From: the human T2T-CHM13v2.0 reference genome, Homo sapiens
Assembly (NCBI RefSeq): GCF_009914755.1
Contig: NC_060946.1
Strand: one strand, 5' to 3'
DNA length: 64,000 bases
Positions within the stretch are counted from its first letter, which is position 1, and each line of letters opens with the position of its first letter. Below the pieces are notes generated by a model that worked only from the letters and a program-made list of their open reading frames with translations, ran no database searches and was not told the origin of the DNA. Below, piece by piece: positions 26,141 through 40,200 of the stretch. The position numbers were made by a program, and so were the translations under genes.

Positions 26141-27993
26141 GGAGGGTCCTGGCACTGGCCCCTGGGAATTCCAGTGGCCCCCCTCTTCACCATACTGGTC
26201 CCACATCCTGTGGGTGCTGGGGTTCTCCAGCAAGGGCCTTGGGGGTATAGACTGGGTTCCACCCTTGGAGCTGCTGTGTAGCCAGCCTTCCCTCAGGAGA
26301 GTGGAGGACAGTGACACCTGGGCTTGGGAGAGGTGAGTGGCTGTGAAGGTTGACACTCCCCTCGTCCCCTTGTCTCCTGGCCTAGTCAGTGGCAGGACCA
26401 CAGGGAGCCCTAGCAGAACATGGCCTCACTCTGCCTCCTGTTCCTGACCTGGTCAAGGGCATAGCTCCAAGCCAGAAGGCCTGCCGCCCTTTTCCCGACA
26501 CACACAGGTCTCCCAAGCAGTTCCTTCTGATCTTGCAATGTGCCAGGGCCACATGCAGTTTGTCTGCAGCATCCTCAAGTTATCATGACCCTGGAACAGC
26601 AGAGCCTCCTGACCAGATCCAGAGGCAGGGCCAGGCTGGCACACTGGGCTCCCAAGGACTGGACAGCCCCCATGGCAGTGCAGCTTGAGAGGCTCCACAG
26701 GGGTGGGAGACACAGAGGACCAAGCCCACAGCAGCACCCTGATGGCACCTCCCATGGCAGGCATGGAATTGGGAGCAGGGCTCAGCTGGCCACATGATAT
26801 CCCCAGCCCGCATCCCTCTCTAAGCTTGGCCTGGCTTCCTCTCTATGGCCTGTTATCCTACCCGAGCACTGGAGCGATGGGGCCAGCCTCAAGAGGGCTG
26901 GGCACACACCTATAGCTGGGCCACCCGTGGCCTAGAGGCCCCACCAACACTTGTGAACAGCCCCTGCCATCCCTTCAGCACCGGCTCCCCGCATCCAAGT
27001 TCCCTTGCCTCATTGCCCAGCACTCAGCCTTAACTGGGGCTGCGGCCACCTCAGTGGGCCTTCAGCCGCTCTGAGCCTGTGGCCAGTGCTCAGTGAATGA
27101 TGGGTATCTGCTCGCCTAGGGTCCCAGGCTTTATGCGTGACCCCATGGGATGCTGGCTCAAGCCCAAGATGGGAGGGGGATGAGCAGGGAGGGGTGGAGA
27201 AGGCAGCATGTCCTGGCACCTATTTGAGGCCCTTGCTAGCACTTCAGTCCTTGGGTTAGCTCCTTCCTTCCTCTGCTCCCAGGGAGGATGCAGCCACAAG
27301 GCCCCTGTCAAAAGCAGCTGCTCCTTTCCTGTCACACTGGGAGCTTCCAAGGGTGGGGCCATTTCTTAGCCCGCCTTGTGCAGTGGCTCCTTGCCCTGGG
27401 TAGGTCCTTGGTCAGAGGTCAGCCACAAGGCAAGAGGCGGCAGGGCCCTGGGCTCAAGCCCTGCTGCTTGGGCTGCCCCCCCACCTGCTCTGCCTGCAGG
27501 GCCTTTTCCTTTGGCCCCCAACTCCTCATCATCATGAACCTGGTGGCTCTGTCGTTCAGTGCATCAGCCACCCCTCCATGATGGTCACCTCCTGCTGTGT
27601 CACTAGAGGCCATTCCCAGGGCACAAGCTGTCACTGAACACAGCAGTGCAGCAGCCAGGAGGCCAACCCCATCACTCTGTCTCTTCCACCATGATGACGT
27701 TGTCAGGTGCCTTGGCAGAACCTCCATGGGGATGCCCATGGTGTTCCTCAGATCTCTCAGACAAGTGCTCCTGCCACAACAGGAGGTCAGCCAGCGTGGG
27801 CTCTGCTGGGGCCTCCTTTATGGGAAGGCAGGAGTCAGTCTCTTGCCCTAGTGCTGGTAAGCCTTGAGGGAGGAGGGAGGAGAGAACAAGAGAGTTCTCT
27901 TCGGCACCATGCCAGGCAGGGCTGCTTCCTGCAGAGGAGAGTGCTGAGACCCAGGGCTAGTGGTGGCAGAGCCTCCCTCTCTGCATGCCAGGG

Positions 27994-28208
27994 CAGTGAG
28001 GGGCTAGAGCTGGCTCATACTGGCTCACAAGAGCTAATTTTTCAATTTTCAGGATGTTTGTGAGCTGTTTGACATTATATTTGTGGCTTCAAAGCAGCCA
28101 GGTAGGAGTAATCACACCCCAGGAACTGGCAAATACTACAAAACAGTTCTACTCCTCCCCAGCCCCCGCCTCCATGCCAGTTGTTAGACCTTTACCAGTG
28201 CACCACAG
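27994..28208 (+). mobile_element. MER63A-like hAT (Blackjack) MITE
   Basis: cagtg...gagctggctcatactggctcacaagagc...ttttcagga...ccagttgttagacctttaccagtgcaccacag resembles recalled MER63A ends; about 215 bp. Confidence 0.7.
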
Positions 28209-31200
28209 CCAGTGACTCCCAAGCATGGCGGGGAGAGTCTGCCAGCCAGGCTCAGTCACTGGTGTATGGCAGGATTGATCCGCTACTGCCATCTTACTGA
28301 AGAACCCGACAGTGTCCTTGCCTGTCAGTCTCCCACTGTGCTTCCCCAGTGACTCCCAGCTCTGACCCTGTGGCCGCGTGGGTTGCATCTGTTCGTGTTT
28401 ACCCCGCTGGAGAAAGGGAATTTGCCAGAGCGGCTCTTCACTTGCCTGCCTCCCTCCCGCTCTTCCTCGGCAGATTTAAGAGAATCCTACTCCACAGAGA
28501 GCAACCTTGCATTGGCTAACACGAGACCACAAGCTGGGGGCCATCTGATGTTCTCCATCTGAGAACAAGCCCTGTGGCATCCTTGCAGGAAGCAGTCCTT
28601 GTTCACCCAGTATGTGTGGGCCCTGGGCCTGACAAACTCAGTCTAGGGACAGAGGCAGTCCTATCCCTTCCTCCCTCAGGTCAGCTGGGGATGGCATCAA
28701 GCAGGCCCTGGAGGACCTGTGTAGCCAGGGCTGGCCTCAGGCTGGCTTCCCCAGTGCCTACAAATGCTGGCCGCATGCTCTCTGTGACTGGCCCTGAGCC
28801 TGCCCTAGGAAACAGTTTTCTAGGTGCAGAGAAGCCAGGAACAGGTGCCTCCTCTGTCCCAAAGACCAACATTTGCAGGAGAGACGGGGGCCTAGACGTT
28901 GGGAGCAGGCCTGCACAGATTGGGATGAACGTGGGGGTGGTGATCTGATCTGGACCTTGCAGAATCCAGTCAAGGCTGTGGGGGAGCAGTGGGGACAGTC
29001 AACAAAGGCAGGACTGAGGGGGCTGTCGGGGGCCATGGAGAGCACAGAGCTATGCACAGTGCCCTGCAGCGGGATGACGGAGGACCAGGCGGTGTAAGGT
29101 CTAAGCAGGCAGGGCAAGGTCGCAGGCACAGTGTCCAGTCCCCAGTGTGGCCCAGGGTGGGTGTCGCTGCCTGAGCGCCCTGTGATGACGGAGCCAGGGT
29201 TCAGCCCCAGGACTGTGTCCCTCCCAGTTTATACACCTCCTGCTCTGCCTCGTGATCAGGCTGGATGCTCACAATGATACCCTGTCTGAACTGTTCCAAG
29301 AGCTTCAGGGCAGAGCTGCTTCCCACCCCACATCCCCTCAACCTGCATCGGCTAGGCTTGCCCAGGCCAGTGGGTAATTAATTTCCTGAGCGCATTAGCT
29401 CTGCTCAGTACACACACATGAGAACAGCTCTGGGTTTTAAGACACAGATTACTATTGTTTTAAGGGATTTGTATAATCCAGTAACTGAAAAACAATTTTC
29501 CACTATCTAGAACAGACTCCAAGGTGGAGGCTAAGAGTGCTGGGGGCCTTGCTGACTTGGGGATCCCTAGTAACCAGTGTAGATGGGGGGATCTGCCACT
29601 CAGGGGAGTCCTGTGACTGGCCATGAACAAGACAAGCAGTGAGGACAGGATGCAGCAGCAAGGCTCTGTGCTGACCGGATGCATAGCCCTCTTCACCTGA
29701 GGCCCCACTGGCTCAGTCTAGTTTCTGGAGGGATTGGAATGACAGTCAGCTAGGGTGCATGGCCCTGGGCATCTCAGGGGGGACACCCAGTGTTGGCCAG
29801 GGCAGAGTGAAAGGTGTTTCTTCTCTCTGCATGTGGCTCCCGTCTGGATAGTGGACAAGCTTAGGCCAGCCCAGGAGCCTGGCTGCAGCTCACCCTAATC
29901 CCTGCTTCATCACACCTCGTGGTGGACATGTCCTCAGCTCAGGTACTTTCTCTAATTTCATTAATAATGAAACCAGAGTCGACTGGGGGCCCTGGGCCTT
30001 GTATCCTAAGGTTCCCAGCCCAGGCCGGCCAGGGCCACAGCCCCACACACCTTTTCCTGGCCTGTGGTGACCAGGGGAGAAGCACAGCAGCATCCTGACC
30101 AAGGGGGCCCAGAGCCTCGAAGGCAACTTGGCTCAGCTGGAGGAGTGACTATGGGCAAGGTCCTGCCCCACAGGGCCACCCAGCTCAAGCAGTAACAACC
30201 CAAATATGTTTTTTTAAAGGATGAATATTTTTGAAAACCATCTTTTTGGCCATAGGCAGAGGTTCCCCACTGGGATCTCTCCCCACTACCCCCAGTTTCT
30301 CATGTCCCTCCCAGGAAAGAGCCTGAGCCTGCTGCAGAGGGGTTCACAAGCCCTTGAGCCTACAGGTGTGGGTCCGAGGCTGCAGTGCCAGCGGCTAGGA
30401 GTGCAGAGTGCACCCACCTTGCTGAACAAAGCAAAGGCAAACCAGGCAAGGGTGTCGGCCTTGGGTTCCTGGGGATCCTCTGGAGCTGAAACTAGGAGGG
30501 GTTTCTCACACTGTGCTTTCTTCGCATGGTGATGGCGTGCAAGCTCCTGGCCAGGCCTGTGTCTGTGTTGACAGCTTCCAATCTACAACACACCTGTATC
30601 ATGCTGTTTGTTAATTTCCCTTCAGCGACTGACACTGGCTGGTGGGGAGCAGGGGTGCAGGTTACTTAAAAGCAGCAAGATTTAACACAAAAACAAATAG
30701 GAGACAGTTCTCAGCTGAAACAGAAGTGGACTGGGGCTTTGGAAGAGGCCAGTCCTCCCAGTTGGGCAGGAGAGCTTATGGGGTCAAGGTGAGAGCAGGT
30801 GGGACCCAGGTGCTGAGGGTGCCCACGGCCTCCCTTTCTGGGTCTGGGTGTGAAGCCAGGGAGCAGGACACAGGAGCTCCAGGCCCTTTCGGAGCAAATG
30901 CTCCCACCATCTTGGAATTTTCTGTCCCAGGACTGGGAGTCTTTGAGCATTGTTAAGGCACCACCTCCAGTCACGTGACTCCCGCCACATATCACACTTA
31001 CCCTGGGGCTCTGCCTCCTCAGCAACTTTGACCAACACCCTTGGGAATACAGAGGCTCCCATTTGGACCTAAGACCCTGCAAGTCAGTGATGGTTGAGAT
31101 CTGGTGAGAGCAAAAAAGCAAAACAGAGTGACATGAGGGTAAGGGGGGTGGCGCCTTGGGCCTGTGCTGGAGAACAGCAGCCACCCACCTGCAGGGCTGG

Positions 31201-34200
31201 ACAGGGGTGCCAACATCCTGGAGGCTGCACACAGACTTCTGGGAGAGCTCTGCCCAGTGGGTGAAGCCCAGCTGAGGCATGAGAAAGTGCTCTGTGTACA
31301 GCACCGTCTCCATCTCACACTGGGCCCTGGCACTGTGGGTGGGGCCCTGGCCTGGCTGTGGCCCAGGGTAGTCATGTGGACTTGTGTCCATCTGGACTGC
31401 CCAGGTGAAGACTGGCCCAGCAGCACAGTTCCTGAGCTCCTGCCCCTCCCCTGGCTAGTGAGGAGGTAGGGCAGTTCTGGAAGTACTCTGAAGGCTCAGG
31501 CTGTAGGATAACATGTGTGTGCTGGCTGACAACAGAATAGTGGAAATGGAAGGCCCAGAGACGTGAGCGGTTGGCAGAGCCTGGCGCAGGGCATGCTGGT
31601 GCACTGCATGCACAACCTCTAAGCCTCCCAGCCCGAAGGGGCTCCCCACCACACAGATGAGGAAACTCGGGTTTCAGGAAAAGTTGTCCCTGTGGCAAAG
31701 TGGGGGCCTTCTGACCTGGACATCCCGCTGCTGCCCAGGGGAATGGGCAGGGCTGGGAAGCAGCCACCCTTGCCATTACTACGGGTCACCCCACCCCCTC
31801 CACACTGCACACACAGGGAAACCAGGGAGGGCAGACAGGACTGCCCAGGCAAGGTGGCAAAGCCGAACTGCTGCGGAAGGCAGGGAGCAGCACGCTCAGC
31901 TGTTTCTGGCAGGTTCAGAGCAAGGGCTTTTCAGGCCATTAGGGCCTGAGCTAGGGCTTTAGCGGCAGCCTGTTATCTTGTTTAAACAGCCCTTGCTGTT
32001 TGAGGTGCCAGGCTTAGCTGGTGCTGTTACTATGAGCACTACAGTTGTCACCAGGCATAGTTGCAGGGGGGAGGGGGCCACCGGCAAGCAGAGGCTCTGA
32101 CTTCTGGACTCGGCTGGAACACACCCCTGCCCTGGCCCCCATCCCAGAGGAGCCCCATCTGTCGCTGGCCTGGGACCTACAGGCCTGAGTACTCTGTAAA
32201 ATGGGCCCCTCCCAAGCTGCCTGTGCCCTCCTGAGCTGCCTACATGGGCAGCTGAGCAGCCCTGTGCGGGTGGGCAGGAGCGGTGGCCTTTCTTATCCCC
32301 AGGGAAAAGTCGAGGGCCTCATGAAAACCCAGGGCCTGAGAGTGTCTGAGGACAGGAGTTGTGGCCACCCCAGGTTGTCAATCCTCCTGTGCCACTCGAG
32401 AGTCTCCACTTCAGCCAGGCAAGTCCTGTGAACTGGGGGCCTCTGTCTGCAGGTGGCAGCAGCTGGGGTGTAGGGAGCAGAAGCTGGGGCGGGAGCAGGG
32501 GTCCCAAGCACAGTGTTCCAGCAAGAAGCACCGGAACCCACCAAGGGAGCGCAGCAGTGGAGTCGGGTCCTGGGCCTCTGCACACAGAACCCCAGGGGGT
32601 TGGCCGCAGGGTGTGAAAATCAAACCCACATTTTCATTCGCCAGAATACGGGATCAGATAGTTCCTGATCGTTTTAAAGCCGGAAGAGCACCTGCTTATC
32701 AAATGCCTCTTCAGTCTGTTCTGCCAGATTGACCCATTGACCGACGAAGCCACAGTGAGGAAGGACACAGACCAGCTGTCACTGGAGGGCCAGCCCAGGG
32801 CAAGGCCTGCTGCGGGGGAGGAAGGCCCAGCCCGAGTCCCTTCAAAGCCTCCTATAGGTGCCCATCACCCACCCCAGCCACACCCTAGGCATCCACAGAA
32901 GTGGCGGGTCTGGGTGTGAGGCCTGTGCCCCCCGCCCTGATCCAGCCCATCTGTGGGCCAGGAGCAGGTGCATCTGTGCAGAAGGGTGGGGCCAGGGGCA
33001 CACAGGTGGGGAGCAGCCAGGCAATCCCAACCCCTGCCCCTGTACACAGCTGCCACACCAAACGCCTGCAGCATGTGCCATCTGGCCTTGCCTGCCATCC
33101 ACCCCGTGCTGGGCAGAGCAGGGGAGAGCGGTCCCCAAGCAGACAGCACTGCTCATAGGCAGGCCATGGGCAATGAGAACAGGGGCCAATGGTGCTAAAA
33201 GCTGTGCAGCAAATTAAAAGGGTTGGGGTTGTGACTAGGGCTTACTTCAAGTGAAGGAGTCTGATAGCTGACCAGCTACACAAACCCAAAAGAGCAGCCC
33301 ATGCAGGGTAGCACAGCAAAGGCCTCGAGGTGACAGAGACGGAAGCAGGAGTCAGGAGACAGCCGGGAGAGGCCTGGATTACACAGCCTGCCATGGAAGG
33401 CACTGGAGGGTTTGCACAGGGGGCAACCCCAGAGCAGAAGCAGGTAGATGGATCCTGAGGAGACATGACCATGGTAGAATGGGAAGGAGATTGTCCAGGA
33501 GGTGCCCTCATGGGGCAGAACTCAGAGCCATAGCCCAAAACTGGACCCTGCATGCAATGTCCCAGGGCCCCAGCTTCCTGCCTCATAAGCTGTGTCATGG
33601 CCTAGGACCTTTCTTCCCAGGCAGGAGTCAGCTCCACCTGCTCTCTGGCTGGCACAGCCTGGTGCTGGCCACCCCAAGTGTTAGCATCCTCTGCCTGCTG
33701 GAGAGGTGGTGTCCCTATTTGGGGACTCAGTACTCTGAAGTCAGGGTTTTGCCATGCTCTTCTCTGTCCTTCGAGGCAGGAGACATGCTGTGCATGCTAC
33801 AGGAGCTTAGGAATTGTCTGAGGGTGACCAGTGGGGGTCCAGAGGAAAGGTGCTAGGAAGACATGGAGGCTTCCAGGGGAGGCTGGGCCTGAAGCTCAGC
33901 TCCATATCCGATGTGTCATCGTGGGAAGAGCAGTGTCTTCATGAGGCCTGGACAGTGCCTGGGTGGGAGATAGCTCCAGCCTCCTTGGAAGACCTATTGA
34001 CCACGTTTCTCTTGTGACGCACTTCACTGTCACCCAGAATAACTGCTGTCTCACAGCTACCAGGACCCGAGCCTCTGGGGTAAGGTAGAGTTCAAGGAGA
34101 ACCAAGGCAGCCCAAGTGAGCCTGGCAGCAGAGCCGAGGGCAGCCCCACCAAAGCCACGGAGCCAGCCCTGCTGGCATCCAGAGGCCAGGGTGGGCCTGC

Positions 34201-37200
34201 CCTCCCATGGCCCCGAGCTCTGCCCCCACCCTTTAGGATTGCACCCTGCCTTGTTAAGGGATCAGCTGCTGCTCCTCTCAGGTCTTTTTGGGAGTCCTGA
34301 ATCTGAAGTGAGCCTGGGAGAAAGGGAGTCAGACAGGAGAGGGGTGGGTGCTGAGCCAAGTGAGGGTCTCAAGACCAAGGGGACCCCAGAGCATGGGTAC
34401 CCAGGGCCTACACTTGGGAGGCCTGTGGCTGGGCCAGGAGGATGAACCAGTGTGGAGTTGAGAGCCATGGAGTGGCAGAGAATGGGTGCCAGGAGCTGAG
34501 GTGTTCAAGCTGGAACAGAGCCCTCCGTGCAGGCAGGGCCGAGCCTGTCTCCCTCAGCATCTCAGATGCTCACAGAACCACGGGGGCAGCAGGGTTCAGT
34601 GTTAAAGGCCAGGCTAGAGGAATGGAAACAGCTGCCCCAGCCCTGGAAGCTGTGGGAGTGGTGGTTGCCCTGCAAGAGAAGGCTCAGAGCATAGGCAGGC
34701 CTTCTGCTGGGAGGCAGGACCCAGCAGTTGAGCAGGTACCAGCCCCCCACCTCTCAGTTCCTGAGGCTGGCCGTCAGCACCATGTGCCCTGTGCTGTCCC
34801 CGCAGACTGGCTCCAGGGACAGACAGGAGCTCACTGAGTCATTAACCCTCAATCCAATTCTCCAATCTGTCAAGGTAGCATTGAGGTTTGCGGGAGGAAG
34901 AGGGAAGCACTAACCAGATTGGACTGTAAGTGACCCTGGTCATCCAGCTCTGTCCCCAGACACCTCCCCATTTCCTGAGGCTAGTAGCAGTGGGAGGATG
35001 ACCAGGCCTGAGGGGTGGTTCGGGCTGTCTGGTGCTTTCCTTGGGGCAAGGGTAGTGGGCCAGGCAAAGGGGCCTAGGCAAGCCAGGTAACCCCTCTGAG
35101 CACCACTTTCCACATCTAGAATGGAAATGTTTTGAGCCTCGTGAGCCCAGGAGCCTCTCACAGTCACTTCTCGGAGGTGAACAGAACTGGAGGGCATCAC
35201 GGCAGCCCCCACACAAGAGGAAGTCCAGACTGACGAGGCCACAGGGTGACAAGAGCGAGCCACGTTCTGGGGCCCTCCCACCAGGAGGCCCACCCCACCC
35301 ATGGTGCTCCAGCCAGGAACAGGTCACCAGAGGTCCTCCCCTCTCCCCTGCCCACTGCCCTGTCTCTCAGGGCACAGCAAGGCAGGTCCTTAAAGAGACA
35401 GAGGGAGAGCAGGGTACCCTCGCTACCAGAGACCCTCTCCCACCACCTGAGCAGATGGGCAGTAGACAGTGTTTGGCCAACCAGGCTGTGTGCCCCTGTG
35501 GGCACCTGCCCCAGCTCAAGGGTCAGCAGCTTCACCTGCCACTGGTCTGCTGTGGTGTGAGACTCTGAGGGTGAGGGTGTCCACCCTGGTTGTCATAGAA
35601 ACAGCAGTGCGTCTGCAGAGAGTTCATGCCAAGCTCAGCAGAGGGAGGAAGCAGCTGGCCTGGGAGGCAGCTGTTGTCATTGACTCCTGAGAGCTCAGTG
35701 TTGGGAAGGACCCAAGGGCCCACCACACTCTGAGGCTGGCGAGCACACGGGGCAACTCAGGCCTCCCTGCCCACCATCTTTCTTTGGGCAGCTGCACCAT
35801 GTTGTCTGTCCTCTTGTCCACTTGGGGTCAGCGACGATTCCATCTAGGTGCTGGGTGAACCAAGCACAGGGGTGCTGCCTCAGAGCCACTTCGAATGAGG
35901 GGGTAGGATAGCACTGGGATTCCAGCAGGCGATCATCATTTGCTGGGGGGCCTGCGCGCCTTCCCTGTGAGCGTGAGCAGGAATGACTCATGCCTCCTCC
36001 ACCTGCTCTCACACTGAGCCTCTGCCGGGGAGTGGCCTCACTGTCTGCCTGGTTTTTGTCTGTCTGCCCCTTTGTCTCCCAGTCCCATTACCTGTCATGC
36101 ATCCTAAGCTCCTGAGGACAGAGAAGGTGGAGAGTAGCAGAGCCAGAGAGGCTCTCCTGTGACGTGGCTGGCTCTGTACCGAGCAGGGGGTGCGGCCACA
36201 AATCTCCAAGCCCAGGCCAGGGGAGAGAGGCAAGCGCACTGGACTCGGTTCCGCCTAGTGGCAAAGAGGCCCAGAAAAGTCTCAAGTGCTTGGGACAGGG
36301 CCCCATCTGCATGTGATGTGTTGGGGCCTCTGGAAACGGAGATGCCAAGGCAGTCTTCTCTGAGGTCAGTGGTGATGCCAGAGAGGTGAGGCTCAGGCCA
36401 TTGCCAGCTGCACCAGAGACACCAAAGCACTCCAGGGTCCCCCAAGGTCACTTTAGTAGAACCCAGTGACCATCTTGGACAAACAGCTTATTTTACTGAG
36501 GCAGGAGCTGCGGCCCAGAGCAGAAGTGACATGCCCAGGGTCTCACTGCAGTTTGGTGGGAGAATTAGGTTTCAGAACACAAGACAGCCAGTACCTCCCA
36601 GGCCCCTTCCTCAGGGAGCCAGCAGGGTCGTGGGCAAGCGGCCAGGCTCCACAGGGCAAGCCCCTTTGGACTTAACCCTGTTTGTGACAGCCCTGGTCCC
36701 TGACAGTCCTCAGATCCCGGTGGCAGTGGGCAGTGGGCTGTCTGAAACCAAGGTGCTCCTTATTTCCAAACCAGAGGTGTCTGATCACAGAGTGTGTCAC
36801 TAGGAGCATGTTCTGAGAAGCCAGGGAGCCTGGTGCCCAGGTTCCCATCCTTAGACCAGTCCTCTGTCCCTTGCAGCCTTAGTCTCATCCACAGCAAGAC
36901 TGGAGCCTTGGGGGTAACCAGGAAAGGACAGGCACTGCCCCTGGCATTCATGCAGGGACCAGGAGGGCCAGAACACAGGCACCCTCAGCCTCCTGTCTTC
37001 ACCCCGCAGCCCAAAGGAGGGCTGCCTGACCTCCGGGCCTCACTTCTCTCCCAGCACCAAGAAAGAGGTTCCCAGCTGCATTTCTGGTTTCTGAGGGGCC
37101 CTTCTGCTTCCCCAGCTGCCACAGCCCCAGGCCCTGCCTGGGGGTCTCTGGAGGAAGCAGAAGAGGCATCCTTCGGCCCCGCCCCAAGCACACCAGGCTC

Positions 37201-40200
37201 TAGGGCCCAGTGCTCACCAGGCCGTTTGCTCTTTGCCTCCCAAGACCGTGGGAGGTCCAGGGACCTGGTCAGTGGCAATGCCTTCCACCAGGTACATGGT
37301 TGAAGAGGTGCGGGGAGCATGCCAGGGTGCAGCCAGGAGGCCAGATGACCACAACCAGGGGTATGACAGCCCTGGACACAGCAGGTCTGTGGCCACGGCA
37401 GGAGGGTGAGATGGACACTTAGCAGGAGGCTGGGCTGAGCTCCTGGTGGAGTCAGGGTGGGACTGTGGCAGGGAGACCCCCTTCTCCAGCAAGGACAGGG
37501 CCACTTCCTGAGAAATGGAGCATCGGACAAACACCAGCGGGGTGGGAATGGCAAGTGCTCAAGGTGAGCACGATGCAGCTGCGACCTGTAGACTGGCTGC
37601 AATGGGGAGCCTGGCCAGGAGAAGCCAGAGACGGACACCAAGGTCAGATCCTGAAGCACAGAAGACCCTCAGTGGGGATAGGGACCTGGCTGCAGGGAGC
37701 AAGGTGGCCAGTGTGGACCCATCAGGAAGGCAGGGGCCTGGTCTGGGGACCCCACAGCTCCAGCTGGGCAGAGCTACCCCATGCTGTGCTGTGCCATGGA
37801 ATACCAGCCAAGAGACCAGGAGCAGGGAGCGTTCTGATAGGAACATCCAGCTTTCAGGTCTGACGTGGCCCATTTTACCAGAAGAAGGGGACCTGCTCTG
37901 AGCATAGCAGCCCCCTCTGCCTGGAACCTCACAGGGCTCACCTCCAGGCTAGCACCCTGCCCCTGCGGCTGACCCTGGCCAGGAAGACACATGTTAGACA
38001 GCTGGCTGGACTTGGTGCCTGCTGTGGCTGCAACTCCCCTGGGAAGACAGCTGAGTGTTCTGACGTTGGCTAAACTGCATCTTTACAACAGCTGGGGCCC
38101 CAGCGCCACCTGGCCCTGTGCCCAGGCAAGGCCCTGCTGGTCCCAGCATCCTTCTCTCCCACAGATCTTACCCCGGCTCCCACCCCAGCACTCTGGCCAG
38201 CACCGCCTCCCTGTTTCATAGTCCCATCAACCCCTCACACACTGGCTCCCAGCTGCTGCCACCACCTTGAGCTGTCTCGGATAGCCTCCTGCCCATACCC
38301 CTTTGGCCTGAGGGTAGATGTAGGCCAAGAGCTTGCACCTACAAGCTTCCCCAAAAGGGAAGTGAACTCAGGAATTCCTGATGAGGATTCCAGGACTGGC
38401 TGGGGAAGCACGGGGTTGCAAGCGAATAAGCTATTTCCTTTGCGACTGATACCATCCTTGGAGTGGATTTCCTCTGGTGCCTTCCCTGTTCCACAGCTGC
38501 AGAGGCATCTAGCACAGGGGGCCAACACCACAGGCCCCTCCACTCGGTACACCTGCCAGGACCTCGGCGCATCATCAGATGGTGGGGCCCACTCGCCCTC
38601 TCCCCACTAGAGAAGTCTGGGAATGCCTGTGTCCCAGACCCCCTCGGCAGCACTCAGGATGGCCCAGGCAGGTTGCAGAGGCTCCTGCCCACCAGGCCTG
38701 TCACACAGAGCTCTGGGAAATGGAGATGGGCAGTCAGTGCCAGCCAAGGGCAGGCACCCGCTACCGATGGAGGCATGTTGGTCACTGTGTCAGCAGTGCC
38801 CCATGTCCCTCCAGCCACACCCTGCCCAGCAGACAGGCAGCCCCACCAAGGTGTCCCCAAGCTTCCACCACAAAGGGAGGCCCAGAGGGGTGAGAGGCTT
38901 GGCCGGTACTTTGTGAAAGGTGACAGCATGAAGCTCATCTCTGTATGAAACCTCTGCCTCGGCCCCTCAGTCAGGGTGCTGCCCTCAGAGCCTGGTACTC
39001 GGTGGCCCTGGTCAGGCCTGGTGGCTCAGCTGCAGGCTGGGTGGCCGCAGGGCTGGCCTGTCCATGGTGAATGGAGCGCATTCATGTCTACAACCCCGCC
39101 CCACAGCTCTGCTCTCGGCGTGAAAAAGCTGAATTCACGGTTCGGATGAACACTCCCAGCTTTTCTACAGTGGGCTGACTTGAGCTTCTCAGTCTGTAAC
39201 AGAACTGAGGACTTGCTCTACAGATGAGGAAACTGAGGCCCAGGGTGGGACAGACCGGCCCCGGCCCCACCCTTCCCAGCAATGCGGCTGCATCCCCATG
39301 CCTCTGTGCCTCTGCCAGCCCCTCCTGCAATGCCTTCCCTTCCCCTCAGCCCCCAGAGGTCCAGTCAAAACGTCCTGCTCCTGTATCACCCCTCGCCCCC
39401 TGCATTCCTGTGGTGTGTCACCTGTCAGAGTTGTAGCTGGCCAGCACTATCTGCAGCAGTGCCAGCTGCTCACAGTCACTTGTGCCTGGGTGTGGGGACT
39501 AAGCTGTCCATGTGTATCCCACATCAGCCCTCAGCCCCCTCACGAGGGAAGTATGCTTACATATTCTGTGTGTGTGTGGTTATTTTTTTGGAGGGGGGAC
39601 AGGTTCAGAACAGCTGGCAGAGCAGGAGGTTGGGCCTGCATTGGCCACTCCGCAGCTGCCACACCGGCTCCAGCATTCCCTCCTGCCTGTCCTCACCCAC
39701 CTTGTTGAGAGCAAGGCTGTCTGCTTGCCTCCATCCCTCACACAAGAGCACCTGGAGAGCCTCTGCCCAGGGAGGTGAGGAAGGGGAGAGGGCAGTGGGG
39801 ACTGCCATGAAGGCATCTCAGAAGCTGGCAGGGCTGGGGGTTCCAGGTCATCTGTGTCCCAGGGATGATGCTGGTTCCAGGAAGAGCTGAAACCTTAATG
39901 TCACGTGCATTTTATGTGAGGTTTGAGGCCCCTAGTTGGGCCAGCTGGCCTTGCTCTGTGCTGTGGCCACAGCAAACTGCATGGGGTCCTGTGGAGTAAG
40001 GGACCTAGTGGAGAGTGAGTGGACAGGGAGACCAGATGGGTCAGTACAGAGCCTTCCCCAGCCATGTGGCCATATCACACTGGCATCACCCACCTATTCC
40101 CCAACACAACACAGTCCGGGGGCCCCTCACCTGGCTGAGGTATGTGACAAGGCTCTGAGCTGATGGTGTATGTTCAGCCTGAGTAGGTGTTTGCATGTGG